Shown here: piece by piece, positions 21,872 through 33,207 of the stretch | How the letters are laid out: each line of letters opens with the position of its first letter | Position numbering within the stretch: position 1 is the first letter of the stretch | DNA from: an uncultured delta proteobacterium | GTDB taxonomy: Bacteria > Desulfobacterota > Binatia > UBA9968 | NCBI GenBank assembly: GCA_963760795.1 | Contig: CAVXEP010000012.1 | Coordinates: forward strand, 96,001-160,000 | Reading direction: 5' to 3' | Length of the DNA stretch: 64,000 nt | Translations under genes and position numbers: made by a program | The notes under the pieces: model-generated | Database searches by the model: none | What the model was told of the DNA's origin: nothing | The model's input: only the letters and a program-made list of their open reading frames with translations

Positions 21872-21936
21872 AAAAAAAAGGCGCTCCACCGGATCACCGG
21901 TGAGCGCCATTGCTCAACCCAGGGCAACATCGCCCT
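21872..21936 (-). promoter_or_regulatory. Dual-hairpin ANTAR target with overlapping intrinsic terminator
   Basis: Minus strand AGGGC-GATGTT-GCCCT, then TGAGC-AATGGC-GCTCA, then ggcgctcaccgg-tgat-ccggtggagcgcc-T8. Confidence 0.88.
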
Positions 21937-21950
21937 CGCTTACTTAACAA

Positions 21951-21966
21951 CGCAACGGCTGTGCCA
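21951..21966 (-). promoter_or_regulatory. sigma54 promoter
   Basis: Minus strand TGGCAC-AGCCG-TTGCG; NtrC-like TGC-N11-GCA at 22050-22066. Confidence 0.85.
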
Positions 21967-22190
21967 CTTGCCAGCAAGCGGAAAGGATAGCGATATCATG
22001 ACGTTTTAATATTCTGTTAATATTGACCGCCTGTTCAATAGACACGAGCTGCCTAAACTACCAGCAACCGGTAGCCATGAAGCTGCAAAAGATATTTCAC
22101 CACGGAGGAACAACCACCGGAGATCGGTCAAGATTAGACAGCGGGCTAAAACATTACGTTTTCGCGATGAATTCCGATAGGTTCTAGATC

Positions 22191-22778
22191 TTAAGGATTG
22201 CTCTCGGTGAGCAGTCCGCCGGCAAGTAAGATCGCCTGGGCGATGTCCGACATCGGCTTGCGCATGTTCATGCTGGCCTTTTTCATCAGTGAATAGGCAC
22301 GTTCTTCAGACAGATGGCGCTGCTCCATCAACAAGCCTTTGGCACGCTCAATTAACTTCCGTTCTTCGAGATTTAACTTGAGCGTGGAAACTTCTTCACG
22401 CAGGGAGGTAAATTCATGAAAGCGGCTGACGGCGAGCTCGATCGCCGGCGCGAGCTCCTCGACGCGCAGGGGTTTGACCAGATAACTCATCACGCCGGCA
22501 TTAGTCGCGCGCGCCACGGTCGAAGGATCGGCATGACTTGTAATCAGCACGATCGGCAGCGGACTGGTCTTCATGATCTCGTGCGCTGCTTCAATACCAT
22601 CGAGATCCGCCAACCCGACGGCCATAACGAGAACTTCAGCGCCGGAAGCCTGCGATAGCGCCAACGCGACCTTCCCACTCGCCCCCTCGGCAGCGATTAG
22701 ATAACCGCTGCAACGCAAACTTTCGACCAGTTGGCGGCGCGATGGGTCGTGATCGTCGATAACCAGGACCTTCTTCAT
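22191..22778 (-). CDS. ANTAR-domain antiterminator with a (pseudo)receiver domain, NasT/AmiR-like
   Basis: REC fold plus [15 protein letters not shown]...AY..M...SM ANTAR motif. Confidence 0.92.
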   Translation of the reverse strand: MKKVLVIDDHDPSRRQLVESLRCSGYLIAAEGASGKVALALSQASGAEVLVMAVGLADLDGIEAAHEIMKTSPLPIVLITSHADPSTVARATNAGVMSYLVKPLRVEELAPAIELAVSRFHEFTSLREEVSTLKLNLEERKLIERAKGLLMEQRHLSEERAYSLMKKASMNMRKPMSDIAQAILLAGGLLTESNP

Positions 22779-23521
22779 AGTGAAATCATCCCGCCGTCCG
22801 CTTTGCGGCTTTTCGAGCGAGCGATGCGCCGGAGAAACTCGGAGAGGAATCGCTCGCCGTAGTACTTGAGCGCCGGCGCATGGTTTTGCGTATCGGCCAT
22901 GATCTTGTCCGGCTGGACGTAGGGGGACAGCGCCAGGTCTTTGGAGCGCTCATCGAGCCAGCGTTCGATCATGCGCGGAGTCACCTCGAGATGAAATTGC
23001 AAGCCGTAAATAGTCTTGCCAAGGCGAAATGCCTGGGTGCGATAGTGCTGCGACGACGCCAGCAAAATCGCCCCAGCTGGCAGCTCGAAGCCGTCGCCAT
23101 GCCACTGGAACACCGTCGCATTCTCCGGCAGATAGCCGAGTAAGGAATCGACTTGGCCATGGGGTGTGATCGAAATCGGACTCCAGCCGATCTCTTTAAC
23201 CGCACCGTGAAACACCGCAGCGCCGAGCGTCGTGGCAATCAACTGCGCGCCCAAACAAATTCCAAGAACCGGCACCGCTTCATCGATGGCGGCGCGAATG
23301 ATGCGCTTTTCCCAGCGTAGAATCGGAAAGCCGGTTTCGTCGTCGACGTTCATCGGCCCGCCGAGAATGATCAGCGCTTTGACCTGTTCCCAGTTCTCCT
23401 CAGGCATTTCACCGTGGAATAAGCGGACCACACGATAGGCGGCGTGCTGTTTTTCAAGAACTTCGGCGAAGAATCCCAAATCTTCGAATGGGTCATGCTG
23501 AAAGACAACGACCTCACTCAT
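22775..23521 (-). CDS. Type 1 glutamine amidotransferase
   Basis: [26 protein letters not shown]; has its own ATG at 23521. Confidence 0.9.
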   Translation of the reverse strand: MSEVVVFQHDPFEDLGFFAEVLEKQHAAYRVVRLFHGEMPEENWEQVKALIILGGPMNVDDETGFPILRWEKRIIRAAIDEAVPVLGICLGAQLIATTLGAAVFHGAVKEIGWSPISITPHGQVDSLLGYLPENATVFQWHGDGFELPAGAILLASSQHYRTQAFRLGKTIYGLQFHLEVTPRMIERWLDERSKDLALSPYVQPDKIMADTQNHAPALKYYGERFLSEFLRRIARSKSRKADGGMISL

Positions 23522-23546
23522 GGGTCCCCCAAAAGTTAGTCCATCA

Positions 23547-23592
23547 AAAGCACAGTGGACTGAGCGGATTTCGTCCCTCAGTCCACTGTGCC
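23547..23592 (-). terminator. Hairpin/terminator after glnA
   Basis: gcacagtggactgag...ctcagtccactgtgc followed by tttt. Confidence 0.75.
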
Positions 23593-23601
23593 CAACTATT
23601 T

Positions 23602-25018
23602 TTAGATATCGAAATAGAGAGCGAACTCCCAAGGATGGGGTCTTAAGCCGGATGGCGTCGACCTCATGCTTTCTCTTGTACTCCAACCAGGTCTCGATAA
23701 CATCCTTGGTGAAGACATCGCCCTTGAGGAGGAAATCATGATCCTTCTCCAAGGCATCGAGCGCCTGGTCAAGCGACCCTGGCATCGACTTCACCTTGGC
23801 GGCCTCTTCGGGTTCTAATTCGTACAAGTTCTTGTCGATCGGTTTGGGCGGCTCGGTCTTGTTTCTAATCCCGTCCAACCCCGCCATCAGCATCGCCGGA
23901 AAGGCGAGATACGGATTGGCGCTCGGGTCAGGGGTGCGAAACTCCAGCCGCTTGGCCTTCTCACTGGTCGAGTACATGGGAATCCGCACACAGGCGCTGC
24001 GGTTTCGCGCCGAGTAGACTAAATTGATCGGCGCTTCGTAGCCGGGAACCAGTCTGCGGTAGGAGTTGGTCGTCGGCGCGATGAAGGCGCACAGCGCGTG
24101 GGCGTGCTTGAGCAGGCCGCCGATGTAATGTCGGGCGGTCTCGCTGATCAGCCCGTAGCCCTTCTTGTCGTAGAAAATATTCTTCCCAGACTTCCACAAG
24201 CTCTGGTGGCAGTGCATGCCGGAACCGTTGTCCTGAAACAGCGGCTTGGGCATACAGGTGACCACTTTGCCGCGCTGGCGGGCGGTATTCTTAACCACAT
24301 ACTTGTACAGCAGCACCTTGTCGGCCATCTTGGTCATGGTGTCAAAGCGCATATCGATCTCGGTCTGGCCGCCGGTGGCGACTTCGTGGTGATGGACTTC
24401 GATCTTGATGCCGCATTTCTCTAAGTTGAGCACCATCTGGGAGCGCAGGTCTTGATACTGATCCATCGGCGGCACCGGGAAGTAACCTTCTTTGTAACGA
24501 ATCTTGTTGCCCAGATTGGGGCCGTCGCCGTTGCCCGAGTTCCAGAACCCTTCGCTGGAGTCGATGTGATAGTAGCCTTCGTGGTGGTTCTGGTCGAAGC
24601 GGATGCTGTCGAAGATAAAAAACTCGATCTCGGGACCCCAGTAGCTGATGTCGGCCAAGCCGGTGGACTTTAAATACTTCTCGGCTTTCTGAGTGATATA
24701 GCGGGGATCGCGGGAATAGGGCTGGCGGGTGATCGCATCCAACACGTTACAGACAAAGCTCACGGTGGGGTGTTCGGAGAACGGATCCATCATGGCGGTG
24801 TCGGGATCGGGCAACAGGATCATGTCCGATTCGTTGATGCTCTGAAAACCGCGGATGCTTGAGCCGTCAAAGCCCAACCCTTGTTCGAACTTGTCGGCGT
24901 CGAAATCTGTTGCGGGGATCGAAAAATGCTGCCACAGCCCGGGCACGTCGATAAACTTGAAATCGACGATCTCTACTTTGTTCTTCTTCGCCATCTCTAG
25001 GACGTCTTTTACGGACAT
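23602..25018 (-). CDS. glnA: Glutamine synthetase type I (1-nt insertion near 23643)
   Basis: [35 protein letters not shown], adenylylation-site NLY; removing one base restores [15 protein letters not shown]. Confidence 0.95.
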
Positions 25019-25149
25019 CTATGTGCTGCTCCTTTTTTTGGCTAACAATAATCGAGATTCTTGGTTTCACCGAGATCTGACCGGGAAGGCACTCCTATGC
25101 TTGCCAGCCCCCTCCCGGTCAGGTCTCTCTAAGCGCACGAAATTCAGCT

Positions 25150-26760
25150 CTAAGACTTGCCGCGTTCAGTGGCAAAGACCGGTGCGGACTGAGTAGCATG
25201 CTCGACCACTGAGCCACTGCCACCCGCCACTGAGGAGCGATACATGCTCGAAGTCGTCGCGACGAAATCCGGGTAAGCGACACTGCCGTGCTCGCCAATG
25301 TCCAAGCCTTCGATCTCTTCTTCGGCCGACACGCGGATACCCATAAATCCGTCGATGACCTTCCAGAAGATCCATGACAAAATGAACACGACGATACCAA
25401 CGCTCACTATGCCGATAGCTTGCTTGGTCAAAAGCCCTGTTCCGCCACCGAAAAAGAGCCCATTGCCCGTCGTGTTGGGTGAGAAATGATCTTGAGCAAA
25501 CAACCCGACGCAAAGTGTGCCGAACACACCGCATACCAAATGTACCGACGTCGCACCCACTGGATCGTCGATCTTGATCTTGTCGAAGAACAAAACCGCT
25601 AGGACTACCAACACTCCTGCGACCACCCCGATAATTAGTGAGCTTGGAATGCTGACGAACGCGCAAGCCGCAGTGATCGCTACCAATCCCGCTAAAGCGC
25701 CATTCAACATCATCGAGAGATCCGGTTTACCGAGCAACAGCCATGCCGTAATGGACGAGGAGATCGCCGCTGCCGCTGCCGCCGTGTTCGTCGACACCGC
25801 GATTCGGCCGATGGCTCCAGCATCCGCCGCCATCGTACTGCCGGGATTGAATCCAAACCAGCCAAACCACAGCACAAAGACGCCCAGCGTCGCCGAGGTC
25901 ATACTGTGGCCGGGAATCGGCAGAGCTTTTCCGTCTTTGCTGTATTTCCCGATACGCGGGCCGAGAACGATGATACCGGCCAAGGCGGCCCAACCACCGA
26001 CAGAATGAACAACCGTGGAGCCGGCGAAATCCCACACACCCAACTTCGCCAACCAGCCACCGCCCCAGATCCAGTGACCCGTAATCGGATAAATGATCGC
26101 AACCATCAGAAACGTAAAAATATAGAAGGCACCGAATTTAATCCGCTCGGCGACCGCGCCGGAAACGATCGTCGCCGCCGTTCCAGCGAACACTAATTGA
26201 AAAAACACTTTGGTCCACAACGGAACACCGGTCCAATTAATAGCAGAATAGACTCCCTTGTAAGCATCCCCCGTCGCCGGACTGTTATCGGCGCCGCTGG
26301 CAAACCACAATCCCTGCGTGCCAATAAACGGGTTGCCGTCACCGAACATCAAACCCCAGCCTAGGGCCAAGAATGCAATCGACGACGCCGCGAACACAAT
26401 GAAGTTTTTGGCGAGAATCGTCGACGTGTTCTTAGCGCGGCATAGACCTGACTCGACCGTGGCAAAGCCAAGGTTCATGAAGAACACCAGCATGCCCGCA
26501 ATCAGGGTCCACATAGTGTCCATGGCGACTTTGGCGCCGCCGATCTGCTCCAGCATGCCCTGCGTGAATTGTGCCGGCGCCGCAGCCGGGTCTTCTTTCT
26601 TCGGGGCCGCGTCAGCAGCAGCCGGCGTCGCGGCCGGTGCTTCGATTTTGGCTGGCTCAGGCGCAGGAGCATCCTGCGCGAACGACAGGCCGGTCACCAA
26701 TAACGTCCCTAGCGCTAGCGCGCCAGTCAATTTTCGTATGTTTATTTCGCCGATTTTCAT
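25150..26760 (-). CDS. amtB: Ammonium transporter
   Basis: DFAGSTVVHSVGGW, WFGWFGFN.GS, IDDPVGA..VH. Confidence 0.97.
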   Translation of the reverse strand: MKIGEINIRKLTGALALGTLLVTGLSFAQDAPAPEPAKIEAPAATPAAADAAPKKEDPAAAPAQFTQGMLEQIGGAKVAMDTMWTLIAGMLVFFMNLGFATVESGLCRAKNTSTILAKNFIVFAASSIAFLALGWGLMFGDGNPFIGTQGLWFASGADNSPATGDAYKGVYSAINWTGVPLWTKVFFQLVFAGTAATIVSGAVAERIKFGAFYIFTFLMVAIIYPITGHWIWGGGWLAKLGVWDFAGSTVVHSVGGWAALAGIIVLGPRIGKYSKDGKALPIPGHSMTSATLGVFVLWFGWFGFNPGSTMAADAGAIGRIAVSTNTAAAAAAISSSITAWLLLGKPDLSMMLNGALAGLVAITAACAFVSIPSSLIIGVVAGVLVVLAVLFFDKIKIDDPVGATSVHLVCGVFGTLCVGLFAQDHFSPNTTGNGLFFGGGTGLLTKQAIGIVSVGIVVFILSWIFWKVIDGFMGIRVSAEEEIEGLDIGEHGSVAYPDFVATTSSMYRSSVAGGSGSVVEHATQSAPVFATERGKS

Positions 26761-26804
26761 TTTCTCCTCCTGCTTAAATTCCTTGCTTAAGAATTCACCC
26801 CTAG

Positions 26805-27356
<552 letters not shown>

Positions 27357-27848
27357 CTATGCAGGTTGAAACTGCGTAAGACGTCCGTTCAAGCAGCGCA
27401 GCAATTTTTCAGCGCGGACATCGCCGCGCCCACTCACAGTAAAGTTTACCAGAAGCGCTTTGCCTCTTCGCAAGTGAAATGGCGCACGCGGACCGCGGCG
27501 ATGCTCGATCACATCACCGCACCACGAACGACGAATCGCCAGTCACTGGCGGGTCAGTCCAAATCGTTCGCTATAACTGCTCGAAAGTTACAGAGGAAGT
27601 TGGCGAGGCGGAGAACGGATCGTGCAGCGCAGCCAGTCGACTCTCGCGTGCCGGTCGATAATCCCCCGTCTATCCAAGACCTGGGGAACCGAAGCGAGGA
27701 CAACAATGCCGAGAAGAAAGCTATGCAGCGTTAGCGCGAAGAGTTGAACGATCGCCCGGTACTGCGAAGAAAACAACATCGAGTGAGTCTTAAGCCTTGC
27801 CATTCCTGTGGCAACGCAACCGTAAGCCGAGACTTGTCTGGAGAATAA

Positions 27849-28275
27849 ATGGCGAAGGCGAAGAACCGACGAGCAACGCGAAGAAAAAGCCGATTGATCA
27901 GTACGCCCACAAGGGCCGGCAGCGAGTTGATAATCCACCGGTGGGTTTGGTTACGTCGGCGACGGATAATGAGAGCGGCAAGTAGATTTGCACCTACAAT
28001 CCGCATCTCGATCCGCAGTTAGTCTAGGCCGGTACGGCTGACCGGCCGTCATTAGTCCGCGTACCGAGAAAAAGGCTGCATCTGAGAAGCTATTGCCTGC
28101 GCACCCAAATGATAAACAGCACTGCGGCAGCCAAGGCCGAGATCGACGAAGAGCTGATCGAAGCCTATCGCGGCACAGTGTCGCTGCCCTTTCGAGCCGG
28201 GCAAGCACCAGCGTGTCGCGGTGAAGATCGTCGATGACCGCGGCATCGAGAGTCTGAAGAATCATCGAGCGTTGA
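27849..28275 (+). pseudogene. Type III R-M methyltransferase (mod) remnant: N- and C-terminus only
   Basis: QYAHKG..RVDNPPVGLVT...YNPHLDPQL joined almost directly to KAEIDEELIEAYRGTVSLPFEPG...AVKIVDDRGIES; in-frame stops; core deleted. Confidence 0.75.
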
Positions 28276-28276
28276 A

Positions 28277-29707
28277 TGACGGGGCAAGACCACCATCGAC
28301 CACCTGATCATCAACTCGCCGTACGAAGAGCCGTCAGCAGCTACTGGAGCTACGATCGCGAGAGCGCGGACCTTTCGACTTGAACGAAGGCACGGCGGCC
28401 GGCAGGGTATGTCATCGCGTCGCAAAGCTCCAAGGCTTTCGACGACCCGGGCATCTTCGTTGAGATCCCGCTGGTCAACCAGATTCGCCCGCGGGTGAAG
28501 GCCTGGCGCGAGGCGGGCTATCCGGGGGTGACCGGCATCACCAAGCGCCTGCTCGAGCACTGGAACAATCCCGAAGAGTCGCGAACATCGCCGATTCTTC
28601 TTCTGCCAGCTGGAAGCCATCGAGACGCTGATCTGGCTGACTGAGGCGCCGGCGGCCGAGAAAGTCGGCATCGACATTCCGTCCGACGGCGGCGCGTTCA
28701 CGCGGCTCTGCGCCAAGATGGCGACCGGTTCCGGCAAGACCATCGTCATGGCGATGCTGATCGCCTGGCAGGTGCTCAACAAGGTCACCTATCCGCAGGA
28801 CGCGCGATTCTCGAAGCATGTTTTCGTCGTCGCGCCGGGCTGACGGTGAAGAGCCGGCTTGCAGGTGCTGAGCCGGCAGGCACAGGCAACTACTACGACG
28901 AATTCAACATCGTTCCGGCGGCGCTGCTGGACAAGCTCCGGCAGGGCAAGGTGCTGGTCCGCAACTGGCACACGCTCAACTGGGAGACGGACGATCAGAT
29001 CGCCAAGAAGAAGAGCGTCGACAAGCGCGGCGCGAAGAGCGACGAAGCCTATGTGCGTGAGGTGCTGGGCGAGCTGGCGAGCGCGCGCAACATCGTCGTC
29101 ATCAACGACGAAGCGCACCACGCCTGGCGGATACCGGCGGAGTCGAAGGTCAAAGGCGTCAAGAAGGAAGACATCGAGGAAGCGACCAAATGGGTCGGCG
29201 GCCTGGACCGCATCCACCAGGCGCGCGGCATCCTCACCTGCTACGACTTCTCGGCGACGCCCTTCGCGCCGTCGGGCAAGAAAAGCTCCGAGGAAGCGCT
29301 GTTCGACTGGATCGTCAGCGACTTCGGTCTGAACGACGCGATCGAATCCGGGTCTGGTCAAGACGCCGCGCGTCGTGGTGCGCGACGACGGCGTGCCGGA
29401 CGCGAAGACCTACAAGTCGAAGCTCTACCACATCTACGACGACGACGTCAAAGACGACCTCAATCGCAAGGCGGAAGCAGCACGAGCCGCTGCCGGACCT
29501 CGTGACCAACGGCTACTACCTGCTCGGCAAGGACTGGCTGGAAACGGCGAAAGCATGGAAGGCAGCAGGGCTTCGAACGCCGCCGGTGATGATCACGGTT
29601 GCCAACCGCACCGAGACGGCGGCGCGGGTCAAGTACGCCTTCGACCACAAGAAGATTCGCATCGACGAACTGTGCGACCCGGAGCGAACGCTGCACATCG
29701 ACTCCAA
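28277..29707 (+). pseudogene. Type III restriction helicase (res) N-terminal part, truncated and frameshifted
   Basis: IINSPYEEP, FFCQLEAIET, KMATGSGKT Walker A, INDEAHH, DFSATPF; breaks off at LHIDSK. Confidence 0.85.
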
Positions 29708-29727
29708 ACCGCTATTGGGGAGAGGAA

Positions 29728-29825
29728 ATGGCCAAGGCAAAGAAGCCGACGAGCAAAGCGAAGAAAAAGCTCATCGAGCAGTACGCGCACAAGGGCAAGC
29801 GGCGGGCGAATCATCCGAACGTGCA
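29728..29825 (+). pseudogene. Second mod 5' fragment (diverged repeat of 27849-27940)
   Basis: MAKAKKPTSKAKKKLIEQYAHKGKRRANHP with SD; similar to the 27849 copy. Confidence 0.7.
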
Positions 29826-29944
29826 CCTACACGACCTTGAATTCCGGGTGATCTTCCCGCATCAATAATAATGACACGCACATAACGTTAACACCAAAGC
29901 GAAATCTTCCGGAACATCCGGCAAGAACTCAAACTGGATTTCGA

Positions 29945-30432
29945 CGAAGGTCAAACCGCTGGAGTTGGATGCGCTCAAGACGCCGACGCTTGGCCGAAGT
30001 CGCGCCGATCGTCGAGGCAAGCCGGACGTCACGAAACTTTCCGAGATCGATCTCGAAGAGCTTGGCAAGAAATTTCGCTGGCAAAAGATCGCCTTCGAGA
30101 CAGCGCAGCGGCATCTTCGATCAGATGAAGCCGAGCTGGAAGGGCAACAAAGAATATCTGCTGGCGCAGCTCATTCGGCGTGATGGAAGAGTTTGTCGCG
30201 ATCCGGCAAGATTCAAATCGACTCGCCGCTCTTCAATCAGGACGACGTTCGGCGCCGGCTAGTGGTAACGCTCAATATGAGCAAAGTTGTTCAGCATATG
30301 TGGGAGAGCATCATCACGGAGAACACGAGTCTCTGGTTCCAGTCTTCGACACGGAAAGACCGATCGTTTCGACCGGCGACATGCGGACCTGGTACACAGG
30401 CAAGCCGTGCGAGTTCACCAAGCGATCGCATA
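29945..30432 (+). pseudogene. Internal res fragment
   Basis: EIDLEELGKKFR.QKI.FE, WKGNKEYLLAQLI, LNMSKVVQH, STGDMRTWYTGKPC...RSHI. Confidence 0.7.
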
Positions 30433-30504
30433 TAACTAGAGAGCCGCTCCTTATTTACGAAAAAATCGCAGACCCGCCCTACAACACCGGTAACGAGAAT
30501 TGGA

Positions 30505-30670
30505 TTGGCGGAGGACTATGGCCGCTCGAGATCGGAAATCGAAGAGGCGATCCGCTGCGAGCTCTGGCTCGATGCCGCTTAACCCTCCAGTAGTTTTTTT
30601 CATCGACCGTTCCCTCGGCAAGAAAATCATCGCGGAGCGACTTCGCCAAGCCGGCGTCGTCGTTGATTGA
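30505..30670 (+). pseudogene. DUF433 antitoxin C-terminus overlapping a PIN (VapC45-like) toxin N-terminus, both fragments
   Basis: LAEDYGRSRSEIEEAIRCELWLDAA* overlapping MPLNPPVVFFIDRSLGKKIIAERLRQAG*. Confidence 0.65.
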
Positions 30671-30739
30671 AACGGACTCTTAAATTATAGCTGATCATGC
30701 TTACCTTAATTATGAGGTTCGGCTAAGCCGTGCTAATGT

Positions 30740-31639
30740 TTGACCGTGATAACAACGAAAGAAGATCGCAGTCGCTGGGGTTGGCGCCAGCGCCTAAAGA
30801 ATGACGCGCTATACGGCTTGATGCGGCTGGGATTTGCCGCCGCCCGAGTATTGCCGCTGCGCGGTTTTCTGCGCCTGGTCGGTTATCTGGCACCGCATAT
30901 TTTTGTCAGCGCGGCGCGGCGCGCGCGCACACAGATAACCGCGGTTTTACCCGAGCTCGACGCGGTGATAATCACCCGGCGCATGTTCCTTCATTTCGCC
31001 GAATCGCTCTGGGAGTTATCCCGCCTACACCGCTCAATGCCCAAACTAGATGACGAGGCGCGGCGAGTGCTCGATGATACGCTGGCGGAAGGAAAAGGCG
31101 CGGTGATGATTTCCGGACATATCGGCAATTGGGAACTCTTTGGCCAAGCCATCGCCGCGGCCGGCTATCCGATCGCAACCATCGCCAAGCCGTCTTACGA
31201 TCCCCGCGTAACCCGCTGGCTGCAAAAGTGGCGAACCGAGCATGGGTTGCGCATCGTCTGGCGCGACGAGACAAACGCGGGTAAAAGCATCTTGAGCGTT
31301 TTACGGCGCAACGGCTTGATGGCCTTCTTGATCGACCAGAACACCAGAACCGCAGGAGATTATTTGCCGTTCTTCGGACGTCCGGCTTTCACGCCGACGA
31401 CCCCGGCAGCGATCGCGCTGCGCACGGGAGCCCCAGTGATTTTCTGCTGGCATCATCGCCGCCAGAAACTGCACAAACTGAGTTTCAACCGCGTCTACTA
31501 TACGCCGACCGGCGATTCTAAAATCGATATCCCGGCATTGACGGCGCTGTTCAACGATCGCCTGGAATCCGCCATTCGCACGGTGCCTGAGCAGTGGGTC
31601 TGGCTTCATTCGAGGTGGGGAAAGGTTCCTCTCAGATAA
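30740..31639 (+). CDS. Lipid A late acyltransferase (LpxL/HtrB family)
   Basis: GHIGNWE, LIDQ, PFFGRPA, PEQWVWLH.RW. Confidence 0.9.
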   Translation: MTVITTKEDRSRWGWRQRLKNDALYGLMRLGFAAARVLPLRGFLRLVGYLAPHIFVSAARRARTQITAVLPELDAVIITRRMFLHFAESLWELSRLHRSMPKLDDEARRVLDDTLAEGKGAVMISGHIGNWELFGQAIAAAGYPIATIAKPSYDPRVTRWLQKWRTEHGLRIVWRDETNAGKSILSVLRRNGLMAFLIDQNTRTAGDYLPFFGRPAFTPTTPAAIALRTGAPVIFCWHHRRQKLHKLSFNRVYYTPTGDSKIDIPALTALFNDRLESAIRTVPEQWVWLHSRWGKVPLR

Positions 31640-31757
31640 CCGCCATGAGGGCGTGATGATTCGCGCCCTACAAGCGCCGGCCGCCGGCGATCACGTCGGC
31701 GGCCTGTCGATTCTCATTGCCATTGATTGTATATTGCCGCCTTGCGGAGGTACGGCG

Positions 31758-32243
31758 ATGCGGACAATTTTGAGTTATTGCCAAGGGCTTCCTGAACGGA
31801 CCTTCGGCCCCGGTGAAGTGCTCCTGGTCGAAAAGGAGAAGCGCGGCATTCTCTATATACTCATCGAGGGGGAGATCGAAGTGCTGAAGGGCGATTTTCA
31901 AATAACGACTGCATCCGAGCCTGGCGCGGTCTTTGGTGAGATGTCTATTCTCCTCGATATTCCTCATACCGCTACCGTCAGAACGCTTACGCCATCGCGG
32001 ATGCACGTGGTCGAGCGCGCGGCGGAGTTTCTCCAATCGCACACCGATATCACCTACCAACTCGCCCAACTCCTGGCTCAGAGATTATACAGCGTCACCA
32101 CCTATCTCGTTGACTTAAAGAAACAGTTTGAGGATCGCCAAGACCATCTCGGCATGGTCGATGAGGTGCTGGAGACCCTTGTCAACCAACAAGTCGAAGA
32201 GTGTAGTCCAGGCTCAGACCGCGACCCGAATACGACTATTTGA
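31758..32243 (+). CDS. Stand-alone cyclic nucleotide-binding domain protein
   Basis: LYILIEGEIEV, PGAVFGEMSILL..PHTATV; GGAGG SD before ATG 31758. Confidence 0.88.
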   Translation: MRTILSYCQGLPERTFGPGEVLLVEKEKRGILYILIEGEIEVLKGDFQITTASEPGAVFGEMSILLDIPHTATVRTLTPSRMHVVERAAEFLQSHTDITYQLAQLLAQRLYSVTTYLVDLKKQFEDRQDHLGMVDEVLETLVNQQVEECSPGSDRDPNTTI

Positions 32244-33008
32244 ACCAGCTTGGCAATTCCGTGAGTTCAGCCACGGGGCGATTGAAGGGTTGGTCCAGGT
32301 GGACGACTTCCGCGCCAGCCAGCGAGAACCACAGCGCCATCCGCTCCGTGGTGTCGAAAACGATATGCGTAGGGTCGGGGCCTATCTGTCGTCCAGGATT
32401 AAACACCCAGGTCGAGCCCAACCGGTCCACCCACGACCCGCCTTGACGAAACGGAGACTGGTGGATGTGACCGCTAAGGACGATGTCCGGCTGGTATTGT
32501 TTGATCCAACGCACCAACTCGGCGTCACCGAAATGCTTCTGCCCGCCCCAGCTCGTCGGCGACTCGTCTGGCGGCGCATGATAGACCCAAATCCATTGCT
32601 GCTTCGGCTTTTCGGCATCGCGCGCCAATTGAGCGCCTACGGTCTCCCTCGTCTGCGGACCGTCCCACCACGGGCAGATGGTAATCAAGACACCGTCAAC
32701 GGAAAGACTGTCTCCGTCGGTGGGCGCGCCGAATTGACGAACCTTCGTGATCCACTTCGCCACCTTCTCACCGGCGCGTTGAGCGAATCGAGATCGTGAT
32801 TGCCCGAGCAGACGATCAATTTGGTCCTGCTGTGGAGGCGCTTCAGGTAAGTCAGAATCACAACGATTTGCGCCCGCGCCTCGACCGCCGATGAGATATC
32901 GAGATGGTCGCCCGCGATCACGACGACGTCAAAATCTTTCGAGACGTTGGTTACCCAGTCATATTGTTTGAGAGCGTAGTGCAGATCCGATACGAGGAGA
33001 CATTTCAT
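32236..33008 (-). CDS. Calcineurin-like metallophosphoesterase (frameshift near 32770)
   Basis: SDLH, AGD, SGNHD, YHAPP, SGHIH across two ORFs. Confidence 0.85.
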
Positions 33009-33207
33009 GAACGCCTCCCCCGTGAAATTTTGCTCAGCGTCAAAGTGTCACCACTCCTGCGCGATTCTACGGATGCCTCCGTTGGGATTGACCGCGCATA
33101 TTCCCGGATAATCGAGATCGGCTTTAGCTGGAATCACGCCATCGGCGAGCGCGGCAACATCTTACCGCCGTACTCACGGTGTTTTTAACCGGCCGTTGTG
33201 CCCCGTG

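Noticed and set aside
22775-25018. Apparent 747-aa GlnA-GATase fusion
   Set aside because: One extra base near 23643 hides the canonical [13 protein letters not shown] end; a terminator hairpin and a separate ATG lie between the two domains
25070-25128. Long hairpin between amtB and glnA as a riboswitch or ANTAR site
   Set aside because: No ANTAR hexaloop, no adjacent U-tract and no recognisable aptamer; more likely an mRNA stability or processing stem
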